Assembly (NCBI GenBank): GCA_965644295.1
Contig: CBFFRP010000192.1
Span: 1-64,000, forward strand
Direction of reading: 5' to 3'
Origin: Paraphysomonas bandaiensis
Taxonomy: Eukaryota; Protista; Chrysophyceae
Length of the DNA stretch: 64,000 bases
The notes below the pieces were generated by a model. That model did not search any database. It was not told where the DNA came from and saw only the letters and a list, made by a program, of their open reading frames with translations. This document shows positions 50,501 through 64,000 of the stretch, piece by piece. How positions within the stretch are numbered: position 1 is the stretch's first letter; each line of letters opens with the position of its first letter. The position numbers were made by a program, and so were the translations under genes.

Positions 50501-52164
50501 ATATATGAAGGCAACTCCGGACTTTCAGCTGCCTGAGGGGTACTGCTTTAAGTTGAAGAAGTCGTTATACGGGCTTCGGAGTTCCCCGCGGTCGTGGTGG
50601 AAAACATTGGATAAATTCATACGATCTATGCATTTTAAACCATGTGTATTAGACCCGTGTTTGTATTATCAGTATAAGGGCGATGAATTGATATTATTAA
50701 CGATATATGTAGATGATATCCTAGTGTTAGGTCGTGATGTCAACAGAGTGAAGGATATTAAAGCTCAACTGTGTGCCCGGTTTGATATGAAGGATATGGG
50801 CGAGATGGAACATTTTCTGAATGTTCGAGTCACAAGAACGCCAGAGTATATTCGTCTTGACCAATCAGTCTATGCGGCTAAGATCTTAGAAAAGTTTGAA
50901 AAGTATCTTGGGCCACCGCGAAAGGTACGGAAGAGTCCTCTACCGACGGAAGCAATGGATTTAGTGGCAAAAGGGGCGCGGCATGAGCATACCGAGGAGG
51001 AACAGCTTATAGTAGATAACTTTCCATATCGGCCGCTGATAGGTGCATTACTATATCTATCGATGAACACGAGGCCGGATATTGCCTATGCAGTGGGAGT
51101 ACTGTCTCGGTTCAGTAATAAGGTGAATATTGAAGTATGCAAGCTATTAACACACGTATGGCAATATATTCGTGGTTCTATTGACAAAGGGATTCAATAT
51201 GGGAGTAGACGGTTCGACTTCCATATGTTTACTGACGCGGATTGGGCGGGAGACCAGATCTCCAGGAAGTCCACGTCGGGGTACGTTGGGTTTGCAGCGG
51301 GAGGGCCTATAGTCTGGCAGTCCAAACTGCAGACGACAGTGGCAACGTCAAGCATGCAGTCTGAGTATCAATGTATTTACTCGGGTCTCCAAGAAGTGCT
51401 ATGGGTTCGGGGGGTGACGGGTGAGATTAAGTTGAGGCTCATCAAACCCACACCATTCTTCATCGACAGTCAGAGTGCCCAGGATTTGGCCGAAAACCCA
51501 GTATTTCACAAGAAGTCGAAGCACATTGAGATTAAGTATCACATGGTGAGAGAGCACGTGGATCCCAATCAGTTCAATACGATTAAGTTAGTGCATGTGC
51601 ATACATCGCAACAAGCAGCAGATATTTATACAAAGTCATTGGTTGGTTTATCATATATGGAGCAGAGAAAGAGAAATCTTGGAGAGAAAATTAAGAGTTC
51701 CACTGAAGTGATTAATGAGGGACCAAGGGATAAAAGAAGACGCAAGTAGGTACTGAGTTTTTTAGACAGAGGTTTAGACTTAGAGATGAGTCTATTTTAC
51801 TGTCAAGAATTTTTTTATCTCAGGCATTCAATAGCTGGGAGGCGTCATAGTACAACACTCAATTGAGGGGGAGTGTTGAGATCTGAAGATTCTATATACT
51901 TGCAATTGAGTGCAGTATTATGTGAGATGCAAGGATCGAAAGATATGTATGTAATTAGTACATTATATTGTGTAGTATGAAACTGAAGTAGAAGTGGGTG
52001 ACTATACAGGATACGATCACTGAGTGTGTGGTTTGTACACTATAGTAGTAAATGAATGGTGTTGAACACATCGAACACAACTTAGGTTCTTTATCATGTA
52101 ATGTTTATAATTTTCATCTTATCATTTGAGAATAGTAAACCTTAGCAAATAATGTCAACTTCTG
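47532..52164 (+). mobile_element. Near full-length Ty1/copia element B: 28-nt 5' LTR stub, gag-pro-int-RT-RH, PPT, 3' LTR from 51874
   Basis: TGTTGAGATCTGAAGATTCTATATACTT at both 47532 and 51874; PPT GAGGGGGAG; copia domain order. Confidence 0.93.
47560..51749 (+). pseudogene. Copia B gag-pol polyprotein with one frameshift (~48695) and one stop (48972-48974)
   Basis: Two CCHC knuckles (CSFCRKKGHVAANC, CHICGDFSHKARQC), YLDSCAS protease, LHERTGH/CKWC, VTADI/YHADGG/VSERK integrase, IYVDDIL RT, FTDADWAGD RNase H. Confidence 0.93.
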
Positions 52165-52258
52165 TTAAAACACACATAAGTGAACACGCTAATGTACATT
52201 AGAAATACTTTTATATATATTCAAGCACCATTTAAAAACATGAAATAACAACTATTAC

Positions 52259-55200
52259 TTAAGTTATGTGTTTAGTTGACTTAATTGGAGGCATAGTTTG
52301 CGATAGCTTTGGTTTCGAAATTGCGCCCCAACCTGGATTAACAGCCAAATGTTTTCGGTACGTCTTTTTCTGTGTTTGTACAAATGTGAAATCATCACGA
52401 ACAATAATAGAATTCGCTACTGCATTTGGAATCTTATCCTCGGCACGAACGCGCTGAGTTACATCCCTTTTTCCTAGGGAGGGTGTCACAAGATCCTCCC
52501 TGGCACTAGTAGATGCTTTACTTGACCTCAGTAGTTCATCATTGTCATCAACTACATTCAAAAGTGTATCCATTTCAGAAGCTACAACGGCATTGCGTTG
52601 TTTCGCCAATCGTATCCTTTCCTGGTCAGCATCAGATAGCTTGAACACCTCGCTACTCGATGATTTGCCCCCGAGGTGCTCCTTCAATGACTCCAGCGAC
52701 ATTTTTTCTAATAAATTTGACTTATACCTTGCAGCACCAATTTTTTGTCGAAAATTCTTGCAAACAGTTGCACTCAATTGGAAACGCGGTAGTTTTCTGT
52801 CAGCTGCTTCATCTAGCTTTTCTATTCGGGCTTCAAGCTGTAGCCGCTTCTGTTCCATCTCGATAAGCGCATCTTTCTGGTCCTTTATATTGTCATGGAA
52901 CTCCTTCTTCAATTGTCGGAGTTGGGGGCCAAGTAGCGCTTTTCCGTACCAAGGTTTCAAGCGCTCAGAAGCCTCAGTGGCTGCTAAAGTACCTTCTGCA
53001 CCAGCGAGGCGTGCATCTAATATTTCCAGCTCAACTTGAGCAACATGACATAAATCATACAATTTCGCGACCAGATTAGCATCATCAGGGGCAGCAACTA
53101 ATGATTTACACAAACTTTCCAAAAACCATCGCGTAAGACCGGTCAATATATTAATGCTAGTAAACCAATGATATACTGGATCTCTCCGGTGTTTCATTGA
53201 ACTCCATACCCTCCTTGCAAACCCCAAAGCCCGAACTTGTGCAGCTTTTATTTCCACTGATCTCATTCGTACAACATCAAAAAATTGCTCCTCAGAAGGG
53301 CTTAGTGTAATATCTGGCTCCGCACCATCATCATCTAACTCTACAGAGCATTCTGACTGTAGATCACTTAAGTGTCTCTCCAACTCTTCTTTCTTATTAA
53401 AAGATACACTTGTTGGCTGTGATGACACAATAGGAGGAAATACCGTTGCGCCCGGCTCTTCATCGTTCTCATTTTCTGGTACAGTTTCAGCTCTATTGCG
53501 TTTCGTTGAACATGACAGCTCGCCCACCCAATTGTAACTGAATATATGTTGTAGAGTTACTTTCCTTGTAACAATACTCATACAAGTAGCTCTGACAGAT
53601 GTTTCAGTTCCACCAAACCCTATGATATAGTCCCACGGCATACCAGGATAGAGAGATTCCTTCCAACCTCCAGGCTTATAGCGTCCATCTTTCGCATCCA
53701 ACTCCGCCATACTAGAAGACAAACGGTATTTCTTCGACAGCTGATTAGCCCTGTTTCCTAACCATCGAGACCAACCATTATAAAAAGTCTTGAATCGAAT
53801 TCCAGTCATAACGTTTCCTTCAGCTATATACTCAACTTCAACTAGAAAGTCGTTAGGTTTCATAACAAACTCAAGCTGTGTTATACCAGAACCACTGATT
53901 TTACCTCGCACAGGAGATTCCATTGGAATGCAACAATCAGCCCCCCAAAACAATTGCCAACCAACAATTCCCAATCCATGCTGCACAGCAACCTTAATTT
54001 TGATTAGGTTATAGCCTGCTGGAACGCTGACTTTATCAGGAGTGGATATTTTCGGATCGGAGAATCTTTCACCAGGAATGGTATTCATTTTGGACTTTAC
54101 TTTCACATCTTTGTACACAAAGGTGCCTCTTTTTTCAAAGGCACTTAAAAGCAGCTTCTGCTCAGTCATTAATCGTGTCGCAACATCAGCACTTATGACA
54201 TTAACAAACTTCCTGAAAGTCAGCGACTTTTTCGCAACTTTTTTCAATAATACTTGGCATTTGGTCTGATGCTTTGTCACTATTACAGACAAGCTGCGTC
54301 GTCTTAAGGCAAAAAATCGTTTGGATATCTGCTCTAAGTCTGCAAGGGCTCTCACATATGCGTAGCAGTGAATCTTTTTACGAACATCATATGAAACTTT
54401 GAGCGAAATATTCGTGCGAATACACCAAAAGCACTTCTCGAGCACTCGTAATCTGTGAAACACTTTAACTTTCTGGGTTATTAAGTTAAATACCTTCATA
54501 TCCTATATCACAATTACTCAGTTGTAAATAGAGTACCACAAAAGTATGATATTACCTGAGTCCATTCTTTCCATCGCAAAAATATAGCTATAGAGTCGTG
54601 AGTTGATTCTTTCAATCTGCCATTTCGAGGATAAACGGTTGGAATAAACTGGCGCTTGACGAGGAGATTGTTAAATGACGATCGCTTTTCCCATCTACTC
54701 TTCAACAAAGATATCAAACCACTAGAGCAATCCAAATTCTCCTTTTCAAAAAACTAATGACACCATAAAAAAAGTATAGCAAATTTACACATGAAAACCT
54801 TCAACCAGCGATTAAAAACCATCCACTTTAATTTCATGCTTCGAAAAAGAGGCACCTTACTGTAGAGCACATTGAGTCTACAAGCAACACGAATATCATA
54901 AAAGTAAGAAATGCTTATACAGACCATACCGTTTGCAAATACGAATCCAGTTAACCAGTCGCTTTCTATTTAGCATGTGAATGCTTCTTAAAAGCAGCAA
55001 AGGCATACGAAGGCGACGGAAATACTGTCTCTTTTGTGCTACAATCATTGTGTGTACAACTTCACCATGAATCTATGTACAAGTTGGGATAAGATATAGC
55101 TAGCAGCGTAGTAGTGATGACGTTTACACCTTATACAATACGTCAACCATATTAGATGCCATTCGAACTTTGAATCCAGACACATAGTCCAGCTCTCGCA

Positions 55201-58200
55201 GAATACTCTTTTCCGTTCTCAATTCCTCCTTTTTGAATATACTGAGCAGTATTTCTTCTCGATTATCCTGAAAACGCCGAAATAAAAGCGCATATGAAAA
55301 TTTCTGTAAATATATACATTAACAGCCGTATGCTTCGCTGACTCCTTCGCCATTTGGCGAACCGTCTTCCTTGTTTGCGACGCTACTTCTCTTCCATACT
55401 TCATCATTTGTTGCATCAAGTCCAGTTCTTGATCTCTTTCATGTCTATCCCATGCCAGCATATCCACGGGCTCCATTACATGCTGGCTAGCATCATATGT
55501 GCTGATATCACTAGCTGTACGCTTGATGCTGCGCTTATCTGACACAGTTTCGTCGCTTTGGGCATGTGAAATTACTGTAGATGACCCCTTTCCAGAAAAT
55601 GGAACAAAATCCGCAGTCGGAGTGCAAGTTGGACTTTGTGAAATTGACGAAGAGTCGTAGCTATATGAGTGAGAAAGCTTTGCGTCAATCCTTAAATCGT
55701 TTGGACACTTCAAGTCAGGTGAAGTGTTGGGCGATTTTGGTTTCATGATTCTCTTGAAAGCCAATGAGAGTCGTCTCTGACGCGCACGTGGGCCAGCATC
55801 CACCAAAAACTCATCGTTACCATCATCAAAAGGAACGCTTCCATAACATCCGGTTTGTTGTTCTTTCTCGCGTAGCATCGATTCTCTTTCCTTGAAAGCT
55901 TTTGCAGCATCACGCCGTTTCTTTAGCTTTTCCATTCGTGTCGTACGTGCAATAAAAGCCAGCTCCTCTAATAAAAATCGTTATCAGATTATAAAATACA
56001 ATATTTCAATTTACCGGCACGAGAATGTTCAATTTGGATGGTATCTCGACCACCGCCATCTTCCAAACTGTCATCCATACCACTACGATAGCAATTATCG
56101 GATCGTCCGTACAAGTTTTATGCTTACCGAGTAGCCCAACGCAGAAAGGCGTACAAAACTTTCCGCAAGAGGTTGTTGCGATATTGATATTTTGTGTTCC
56201 TGGAATTCTTATTCACTCTAGCATGCACTCTCAAATTTTTGAAAACTCTATGCGCTACCCTGTAGATTCATACTTTAAACAAGTCATATAGAAACACAAC
56301 CAATGATACCTGTGATATCTAAATGCTGAATCAAACAGTGTCCACACTTCAACTTCGTAAAATCTATCTCTCAATTCATCAATGAGTGCTAATGAGCACT
56401 TCGTTAAAAGCAATATTATATATACCTCGAGACTTACATTTCGTCGATCGTTTTATGGTATGGAACTTCAGGCCGTAGTCCGCAGCATCGTATTCTTTGA
56501 TTCCAACCCCAGGAAACATTTCGTAATAACGATTATGTATTGAATGAAAGATTGATGAACAGTGAAGAGTTTCATCTGCTGACCTGAAGTGATGCAAGTT
56601 ATATATCGACTGACGAAAAAGGGACTTACAGTCCAATGTCAAATCGGTCTAAATCATCTTTCCATCTAAATGGTGTGCCCAGTTGGCGACTAAATGCCTG
56701 CAGCTCCACAGTAGACAACGACCTGTCTGTGGGTTCAACATCACTTGTGGTTTGAACACGTCGAAGGGCCTTTAATTTCGCTTTCGCAAGCTGCCGCGAC
56801 CTATATACCGTCATATAATAAAATTCACAACAGAATATTTTGCGCACTTTTTGGAGTCTAATGAATCAGATGTTGAGGCTGATCCTTCAGCGAGAGTTAC
56901 TTCTTCAATGAGTTTTTTCTTATCTTCATCACTCAGCTTTATCTTAACCGGAGGAAGGTGTATCGCAATATTAGGAAATAAAAATTGTCGGAATTGCCTC
57001 GTATTTCGCTTTACAAAATCCCGTGTTCGGACCTAAATTTGATATAGGTAATTTACCTAGTGGATTAGTAAGTTCAACGTCCAACCTTAAATACCGTCGC
57101 AGCTCGCCAAATCTGAAACGGCAACCGTATACTGTCCTCAATTTTCAAACATCTCTACACGAACAGATTATTTTGATATGACAATACCGTAAAGTACCAT
57201 AATGTAGCCTTTCTCAACCCAACTTCTTCGCAAGCCCTTTCGACGACGTGTCCAGTAAAGCCACCAATGAATAAACACCTTCCTTTGCTTGTCTAAATGC
57301 TTCGCATAAAATCTATCAGCCGGTTTATTAAAGTTTGCTTCAAAAATGTAGTATCTATACGCACGACATTAAATCATTCAAAACACGAGGTATTGGCGAA
57401 AGAACCTCTTCCAGCCTCTGAAAGTTGACAATAGCGCATACGTAGGCATCACTCGAGTAACTAAAAACTTCGTTTTCTCTTTGGCCCGTCCAGTTTCGGT
57501 TGCGTGCCGCCTGTGAACATATCAACTGTACAGCGATTACAACAGGTTACACTGACCTCCACACAAAAAACGGCCAGTAACAGACTCTAAAGTGGTGTTT
57601 CCTACGTAAATTCTGTTTTGTGTAATATCTCCAAGCTTTCACCTTCCGAAAGCAATAGTGTCGGAGAGTTCGAATTTGCTTGGTGTCAGTAGCCCACGCA
57701 ACAAAAACTCTTGCTTTCATGAAGTTATACAAATGCTTCCAGGCCCTCCTCGCAACTCTGTAACGCCATCTTCTCGTAAAACCTCGATAATTAGTCTGAA
57801 GCCTCGTCGCGGCATACGCCTGCACCAACTCAACAACATCATTATTACTGGTTCCGTACAGCCCTTTTCCATGCATAATTGCTCGTCGGAAAATGGTAAA
57901 AAGACTAGGTGGGCCCGCTAAATCCACTCTACTGGATCCCGGGGGAAACACTTTCTTCGATATTCCTGCTTTTAACAGTGCAGCTTTCTTCGTCACAGAC
58001 TTAACACCCTCAGATGAGTCATGCAGGCCCATCACCGAGGCTCCTGAGGTTGTATTGGGAAACATATCAGCGCCTAACAAGTCAACTACAAATGGATCAA
58101 CGGCCACAGTTTTCTCATAATACTCCTCCAACAAAATGTCATGAGCATAATCAATTATCGCACGCAGATGACTCAAACGAGTCTGAGAAAGTGGCCCACG

Positions 58201-59499
58201 TGGGTACTGAATTCCCAAAACGCTATTCTCGAAGTCATTAATTGCCTTTCGTTTGCGGGCTTCAGCTTTTGCAAGATTTTCCTTCTTTTTTCTCTTCTCT
58301 TCAAACATATTATTGACTCGTTCGGTCCGAAATTTCTCTAGTTGCTCCATTTCTTTTTTCCGTTCCTCAGGATCGGCAGAAAATACACTTTCACGCAATA
58401 TATCTATACGAATCTTAGGCTCTGGAGTAGTAGTGAGCTCTTCTATTTCCGTAGAACATTGCTTTTGAACATCGACGTTGCTAGACGCCATCATTACAAG
58501 TTTCCTGGCCGCGATTTTACAGGACCTATCCACATCAGCTTGACTAAACTTCATCAGTTCATAAAGAGCACTTAGTTCTTTATGTTTTAATTGAACTTGT
58601 GCTGAGCAAAGTAGCAGCGTCATAGAACTTAGGGCCATCGTTTTCAATTTCATTGGATTGCCTATGCCGTCCGCACCTTTCACAATTACAATCTCATGTG
58701 TATTGGATGCTTGGAATTTGTTTTCGACAAGATCCCAGTTGCTAGTTATCTTCCTGCTTGTATGTCCCAGAACAAATCTATTCAGATTTTTCAGTTTACT
58801 TTTCGCTTTGCTACCTCCAATTTTCCGCGCCTTTGGTTTTGATTCCTCGATAACTTCGTCTGGCTTCGGTGGATTAGGAACTTTTTCTTCTGCAGCAGGT
58901 TCCGCTTCAGGTGGAGGGATACTCTCCTCAAGCGAAGCGGGTTCGTTTATTTCTATTGATGGTGCTCTAGATACAACAGGTGTTGCTCTATTACTGAGAA
59001 TAGCTTCTTGCTCGACTTCAGGTGAACCTCGAAGGGATTGCACAAGCTGTTGTGCCTCCTCTTGAATATACTTCTCTTCAAGAGAATACATGTCCTCATT
59101 TTCAGCAGACGACCATAGCGAGCTCTCAGGTGGATCTATAATGATGCGTTTACCCTTTCTTGGAATAATTCGGCGTTTTATTCTGGAGGTGGCATGAGAT
59201 GATTTCATCGGCGGAAATATATGAGATAAATTAGGTTCAGACAGTACGCTGGTAGCCGCATAGGACGCATTATCCGACACATAGCCCGATTGTGGAATGG
59301 GTACAGGTACAACCTGTGGCTTTCGAACAGCGACACTGATTGCAGCTGAAGGCTCAGCGCTTCTTCTATACTGGCTTTTATCTAGTAACTTGCCCTTCAT
59401 ACAATCGGTATAAGGAAAACAATATAGTATGAAGTCCCATACCTGGTAGGGGGAAGTAATACTGCTATTAAGGGAGAGATCATCGTTGTAGTCAGCCAT
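52259..59499 (-). CDS. Multi-exon host protein: IQ motif, Trp/basic Sfi1-like repeats, jacalin-like beta domain, coiled coil
   Basis: Co-oriented ORFs 57547-59499, 55219-55935 and 52259-54499 linked by short introns. AATRLQTNYRGFTRR IQ motif; repeated F..W helices; IKIKVAV...IVGWQLFW...EFVMKPNDFLVEV...TGIRFKT. Confidence 0.7.
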
Positions 59500-60250
59500 T
59501 AGAAATATCACTACGAAGTAAATACAACGGTAATGCAATATATATCTCTAAGCCCAGAACTCGCCATATAAAAACAAAGAAATATACATGTCGAAAAATA
59601 TACCAACAGCTGCGCTATATTCAAGTCAGGAGAAAATATGATTGTTAAAGTAATACAGAGCCATGCATTCCGTTGATGATATAAAGTAGGCCAATTAATG
59701 AACGAGAGAATAATGTACCACAATGGCGATATAATTCAATAACATCATGATCATATATTGTATAAATCTGTTACACACTCTTGCACTGATGTATTCTCTC
59801 TCCTCCATGAATATGAAATACGGTCATATAAAATACATGATGAATGAGAGAATAAAGAATAAGTAGGAATTCCTAAAAAGTGGGGAAATCGTACAAACTT
59901 CGTAATATGGATATCTGGAAATGCCAAAATCAACTCAACTTTCGAAAATAGATGTTTTTCTGGACAATATCTGGATATCTACACTATGTGCGTCGTACTA
60001 CTGTATACTTCGTAGTCGCAAGTGTCACAAATTTGAACTGCATTGTATTTTCTGATTGTTGATTATTGATGGTTACGGCCTATTCACAACTCTCTTACCT
60101 CCGCAGCATCATATTTGTGTAATCTGGTTGTGTTATAAGAATTCCCTCTCGTTGTTTATTATCAATAGCTCGAGCTGTCTGTTACTCTAGTAGTAACTCT
60201 AAAAGACTGTGAATAGTCTTGTATATTTATCGAGCTGCTCGATCGAGTTG

Positions 60251-60940
60251 ATGATTTATAAAATCAGAGATCTCACTAAAGACCTCCACTTTGAGGCAGG
60301 TGATCACTATGCTTTTCTCGCGAATTGCATTGCTATCACTCTACTGTTTTTCACTATCCAGCAATACTGGAAAGATTCAAGAAAGAAACAAGCGTGGTTT
60401 ATTATGTTGCTATCGTCTTCTGTTCTGTCAGTAGTCGGGCTTATATATGCAATTTGTGCAGAGTTTAATGAGTTGCACTGGACCGATGAATACATATACG
60501 GTGACGATGTTTACTCCAGGAATATTATGATATTTTTCCTTTCATGTAACGTTATGGATCTGACTCTGGGTTGGGTCTACTACCGAGAATTTCTGTATCC
60601 ATTGACAACAATTTTCCATCACATGTTTTTCATAACTATTTCACTGTTGTACCTGGCTAACCACACTACACGTGGTTTTCTCTTAATTTTTGTTATTGAG
60701 GTACCAACTTTTCTTCTGTCGGTTGGAACCATATGGCCATCACTTCGCAGTGATCTTGCATTCGGCATCACATTTTTATTGACTCGCATCTCATATCATG
60801 CGTATATGCTTTATCGACTAGCATCAATGCACTTTGATGGCCTTGCGTGGAAATCATGTTTCATGCCATTTTTATTGCATATGTTCTGGTTCTACAGTTG
60901 GTGCAACACTTACTTTTTCAAGAAAAAGAAAACAAAATAG
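60251..60940 (+). CDS. TLC (TRAM/LAG1/CLN8) domain membrane protein
   Basis: ~6 hydrophobic helices; DLTLG, IFHH, EVPTFLL and FGITFLLTRI motifs; C-terminal KKKKTK ER-retrieval-like signal. Confidence 0.85.
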   Translation: MIYKIRDLTKDLHFEAGDHYAFLANCIAITLLFFTIQQYWKDSRKKQAWFIMLLSSSVLSVVGLIYAICAEFNELHWTDEYIYGDDVYSRNIMIFFLSCNVMDLTLGWVYYREFLYPLTTIFHHMFFITISLLYLANHTTRGFLLIFVIEVPTFLLSVGTIWPSLRSDLAFGITFLLTRISYHAYMLYRLASMHFDGLAWKSCFMPFLLHMFWFYSWCNTYFFKKKKTK

Positions 60941-61780
60941 CGAACCTAGAATTTCTGGGAACTTTAATGAATTGCAAAATGTGTTGATTGTTGGAATTGG
61001 ACATTTAACTGAACTTAATCTCTTATTACATTGTCTTTAATCGTGCGCTATAGTCCAGTTAAGCAAGGCACAGGTGTGAACTTTCATCACAATGCAGTAT
61101 GGCATTTGTTCATATCGGCATTTGCCACATATCAAGTATTGGCATTGGAAATCTTAGAAATAAGTAATTGGACTTTAAATACAACACTCTCTCAATTGAT
61201 TGAAATTGTTTTTTCATCATTTACGATATTGATACTATTCAAACTGGAAGTTACATTGAAGTTAACCTTAACCTTGCACTACATGTAAAATAGTAAAGAA
61301 TTGATCTTAGCAATAGTAAAACAATGCTGTGATTATTAGAATGTAAGTGGTAAACACAGTAAAGTGAGAAATATGAATAACAATATAAAGTATAGCTGTC
61401 ACGCACAACGGAATAGTTAGAAGTGTAACTGATAATGACGATCATGTATCTTCAACAGATACTCTCTGTAACGACTACGGGTGATTGTGTAATAACCAGC
61501 TATCAGGTTATTCTATTCTACAAGCTCTCTATTGTATATGCTTAAGTTTGTACATACTATCTGTGCAAACATAGATTGAATATTATTATTGCCATAACTC
61601 ACACTAAGATATATGATATATTATGATTATAACAATTCATGTTTATCATTGATATTTACATAATCATTCAAAAGACAAAAGAAAGACATGATTATCAATA
61701 ATGAGACATAATGATGATAATGATGATGGATGATATATATATATGTTCTTATTATATATATATATATATATATATTGACT

Positions 61781-63608
61781 TTAAGGCTGGAGAAGTTTAC
61801 TGGAGAATTCCGGGTTTGATATCCACGCTGATAGGGAAAAATTTAATTTTGGCCCTTTTTGGCCCTCGGCCCGCTAGGGCCCTCGGCCCGCATTTGGCCC
61901 TCTACTACAACTAACAATAATAACAATAATTCTTAATTAAAAACACACACAACACACACTACAACCACAAGCAACAATAACGCACAAAGCAAAGGGCAGT
62001 ATTACGCACAAAGCAAAGGGTCAAATTTAGCAAGAGTTATTAATATCTTAAGCAAGAGCAACTTTATACCAAAACATTTTTCGGAGCTGGGGGCTCCCCA
62101 CGCTTCGACTCTACGAGCCGGCGTCCACTGCCCCCAGGCCCCCGCCCCTAAACAACGCCGGGGCCGGCCCCACCGGCCCTATTCCGGCGTTTGGCGCCGG
62201 TCTGAGCCCTGCCGGCGGCAACACAGCATGTCTCAATCTCCTCGGTGAAAGCACAGTCTTCGGCTGTCACTGTAGACTCCTTGCCACATCCAGTGTATTT
62301 CACTATCTCCTCAATTGAAATACAATCATCAGTGGGTACATCGACAACATATCCATTCTGCAGTCGGCACTGCTCGCGATAGCCAACGATGGACCCCTCG
62401 TAAAATCCAACTCTCACCACCTCGTACATGCACCCATCCTCAGGATCATAGTGGCTCTTCCCAATCAAAAACTTGTATTGGTTGAGCTGCGCAAACTTAG
62501 TCCTTTGGACTGACCTGTCCATTTCAAATGCAGCGTAGTCCTCTGGCAATGTGAATTGCTGGAATGGCAGATGTTTCGGCCGGGATGCATGACCCCTGAG
62601 AATTTTGTTTCGAAGTTCGACGTATTCTTGACTTAGCTTCCGAATAGTACTCACATATAACACCACGGAAGGATGCGCAGTGGGAAAAGCCTCGTTCAGC
62701 TTTCTGTTAAACCTTTCCAGTGGATTGTTGGTTCTATTAATCAAGCGGGATGTTGATGACTCGTCTGTTACAATGCCATGCACATTCCAATCATTAGGAT
62801 CGTACGAGAGCATCCAGGTCTTCACGAAGTATTTCCAGAATATGTCAAACTTGGCTCGGTGAACACCTTCGTCAAAATGTTGGCGCACATATGGTATCCC
62901 TTTAGGCTCAATATCTTCAATAGGAATTGTTAATAGAATGTTGATGAGACCAGTTTTATTCATCAATGGCGTAATCACCTCATCGGGAATACCCAGGCTG
63001 AACAATTTCCTACGGATTGCTTGCTTCCAGTGAAACGCGCATCCAGTTACAGGCTTGCCCTCAAAGTTCCGTTTGATAGCATTCATCAGACCCTTCTCGA
63101 AATCCACTGAGCCATTGATGATCTCCATCATGAAATCTGTTGAGGCCTTACTCAAATAAAGAGCCATGGAATACACTTCTTCAAACTTCGATTGCAGCAA
63201 TATATAAAATACAGGAATGTATAGGGACGAGGCGTAGTCATATATCATAATTACTAGACACTGAGAAAATCCCTTTGGCACACATTTAAAAGTACAGTCT
63301 ATAAACAGATGGACCGGACCACCCTTACAATATTGATTAAATCAGGATGTGCAAAGCCAATTATCTTCTGCATCTGATTGCTAACATTGATTGAAGTATT
63401 GAACTGTAAAAATAGTCTCTCGTCGTCATCAGCACAGTTCACAAGCGGATACGACGATATAATTCCTTCCCAATCATTGAACTCTAAACGTCTACACTGA
63501 TACACCAAAGCTTTGAGTTTCGACGTTTCGAGATATCTATATGGCATTCCTACCGAAATAAGCAAAAGAAAATGAAGTGAAAACAGCAAAAAGAAAAAAA
63601 ATATCAAT
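61781..63608 (-). mobile_element. MULE (Mutator-like) DNA transposon, 3' half, next to a (TA)n tract
   Basis: Transposase ORF plus a terminal region with GGCCCTCGGCCCGC x2 and ACGCACAAAGCAAAGGG x2; boundary approximate. Confidence 0.7.
62148..63550 (-). CDS. MULE transposase, last exon (1-nt frameshift near 63325 in this copy)
   Basis: FIDCTFK, PVFYILL, VDFEKGL, GCAFHWKQA, RTNNPLERFNRKL; pyrimidine-rich splice acceptor upstream. Confidence 0.88.
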
Positions 63609-64000
63609 TTTCTCACCGAGCTGCTTATATTGATATTTTTTTTCTTTTTGCTGTTTTCACTTCATTTTCTTTTGCTTATTTCGGTAGGAATGCCATATAG
63701 ATATCTCGAAACGTCGAAACTCAAAGCTTTGGTGTATCAGTGTAGACGTTTAGAGTTCAATGATTGGGAAGGAATTATATCGTCGTATCCGCTTGTGAAC
63801 TGTGCTGATGACGACGAGAGACTATTTTTACAGTTCAATACTTCAATCAATGTTAGCAATCAGATGCAGAAGATAATTGGCTTTGCACATCCTGATTTAA
63901 TCAATATTGTAAAGGGTGGTCCGGTCCATCTGTTTATAGACTGTACTTTTAAATGTGTGCCAAAGAGTTTTCTCAGTGTCTAGTAATTATGATATATGAC
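63237..64000. repeat. Fold-back inverted duplication (arms 63237-63608 and 63629-64000+, 20-nt spacer)
   Basis: Arms are reverse complements apart from two small differing sites. Confidence 0.95.

Overview
Eukaryotic nuclear DNA (short 40-60 nt GT-AG introns; stramenopile/ochrophyte-like by inference). Four host genes sit as islands among nested, mostly decayed transposons: a ~17.5 kb sacsin-like gene with an internal UBA and a C-terminal RING (9401-26858, -), a protein with 172-aa tandem repeats (~41552-45764, -), an IQ/Sfi1-like/jacalin-like protein (52259-59499, -) and a TLC-domain membrane protein (60251-60940, +). Mobile DNA includes Ty3/gypsy-like and Ty1/copia LTR elements (one near full length, 47532-52164), solo LTRs, a Sola/DUF7869-like transposase relic, a MULE transposase ending in a fold-back inversion, and an AT-rich virus-like (Polinton/PLV-type) remnant. 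Three observations stand out. (1) A ~65-aa domain is shared by the copia integrase C-terminus and the MULE transposase C-terminus, a candidate targeting module used by both transposon classes. (2) Two unrelated ~190-nt highly structured elements are anchored on (TATG)n, one tandemly duplicated and pseudoknotted. (3) The virus-like island carries a discoidin-like gene. All alignments and folds were done by eye and many boundaries are approximate.
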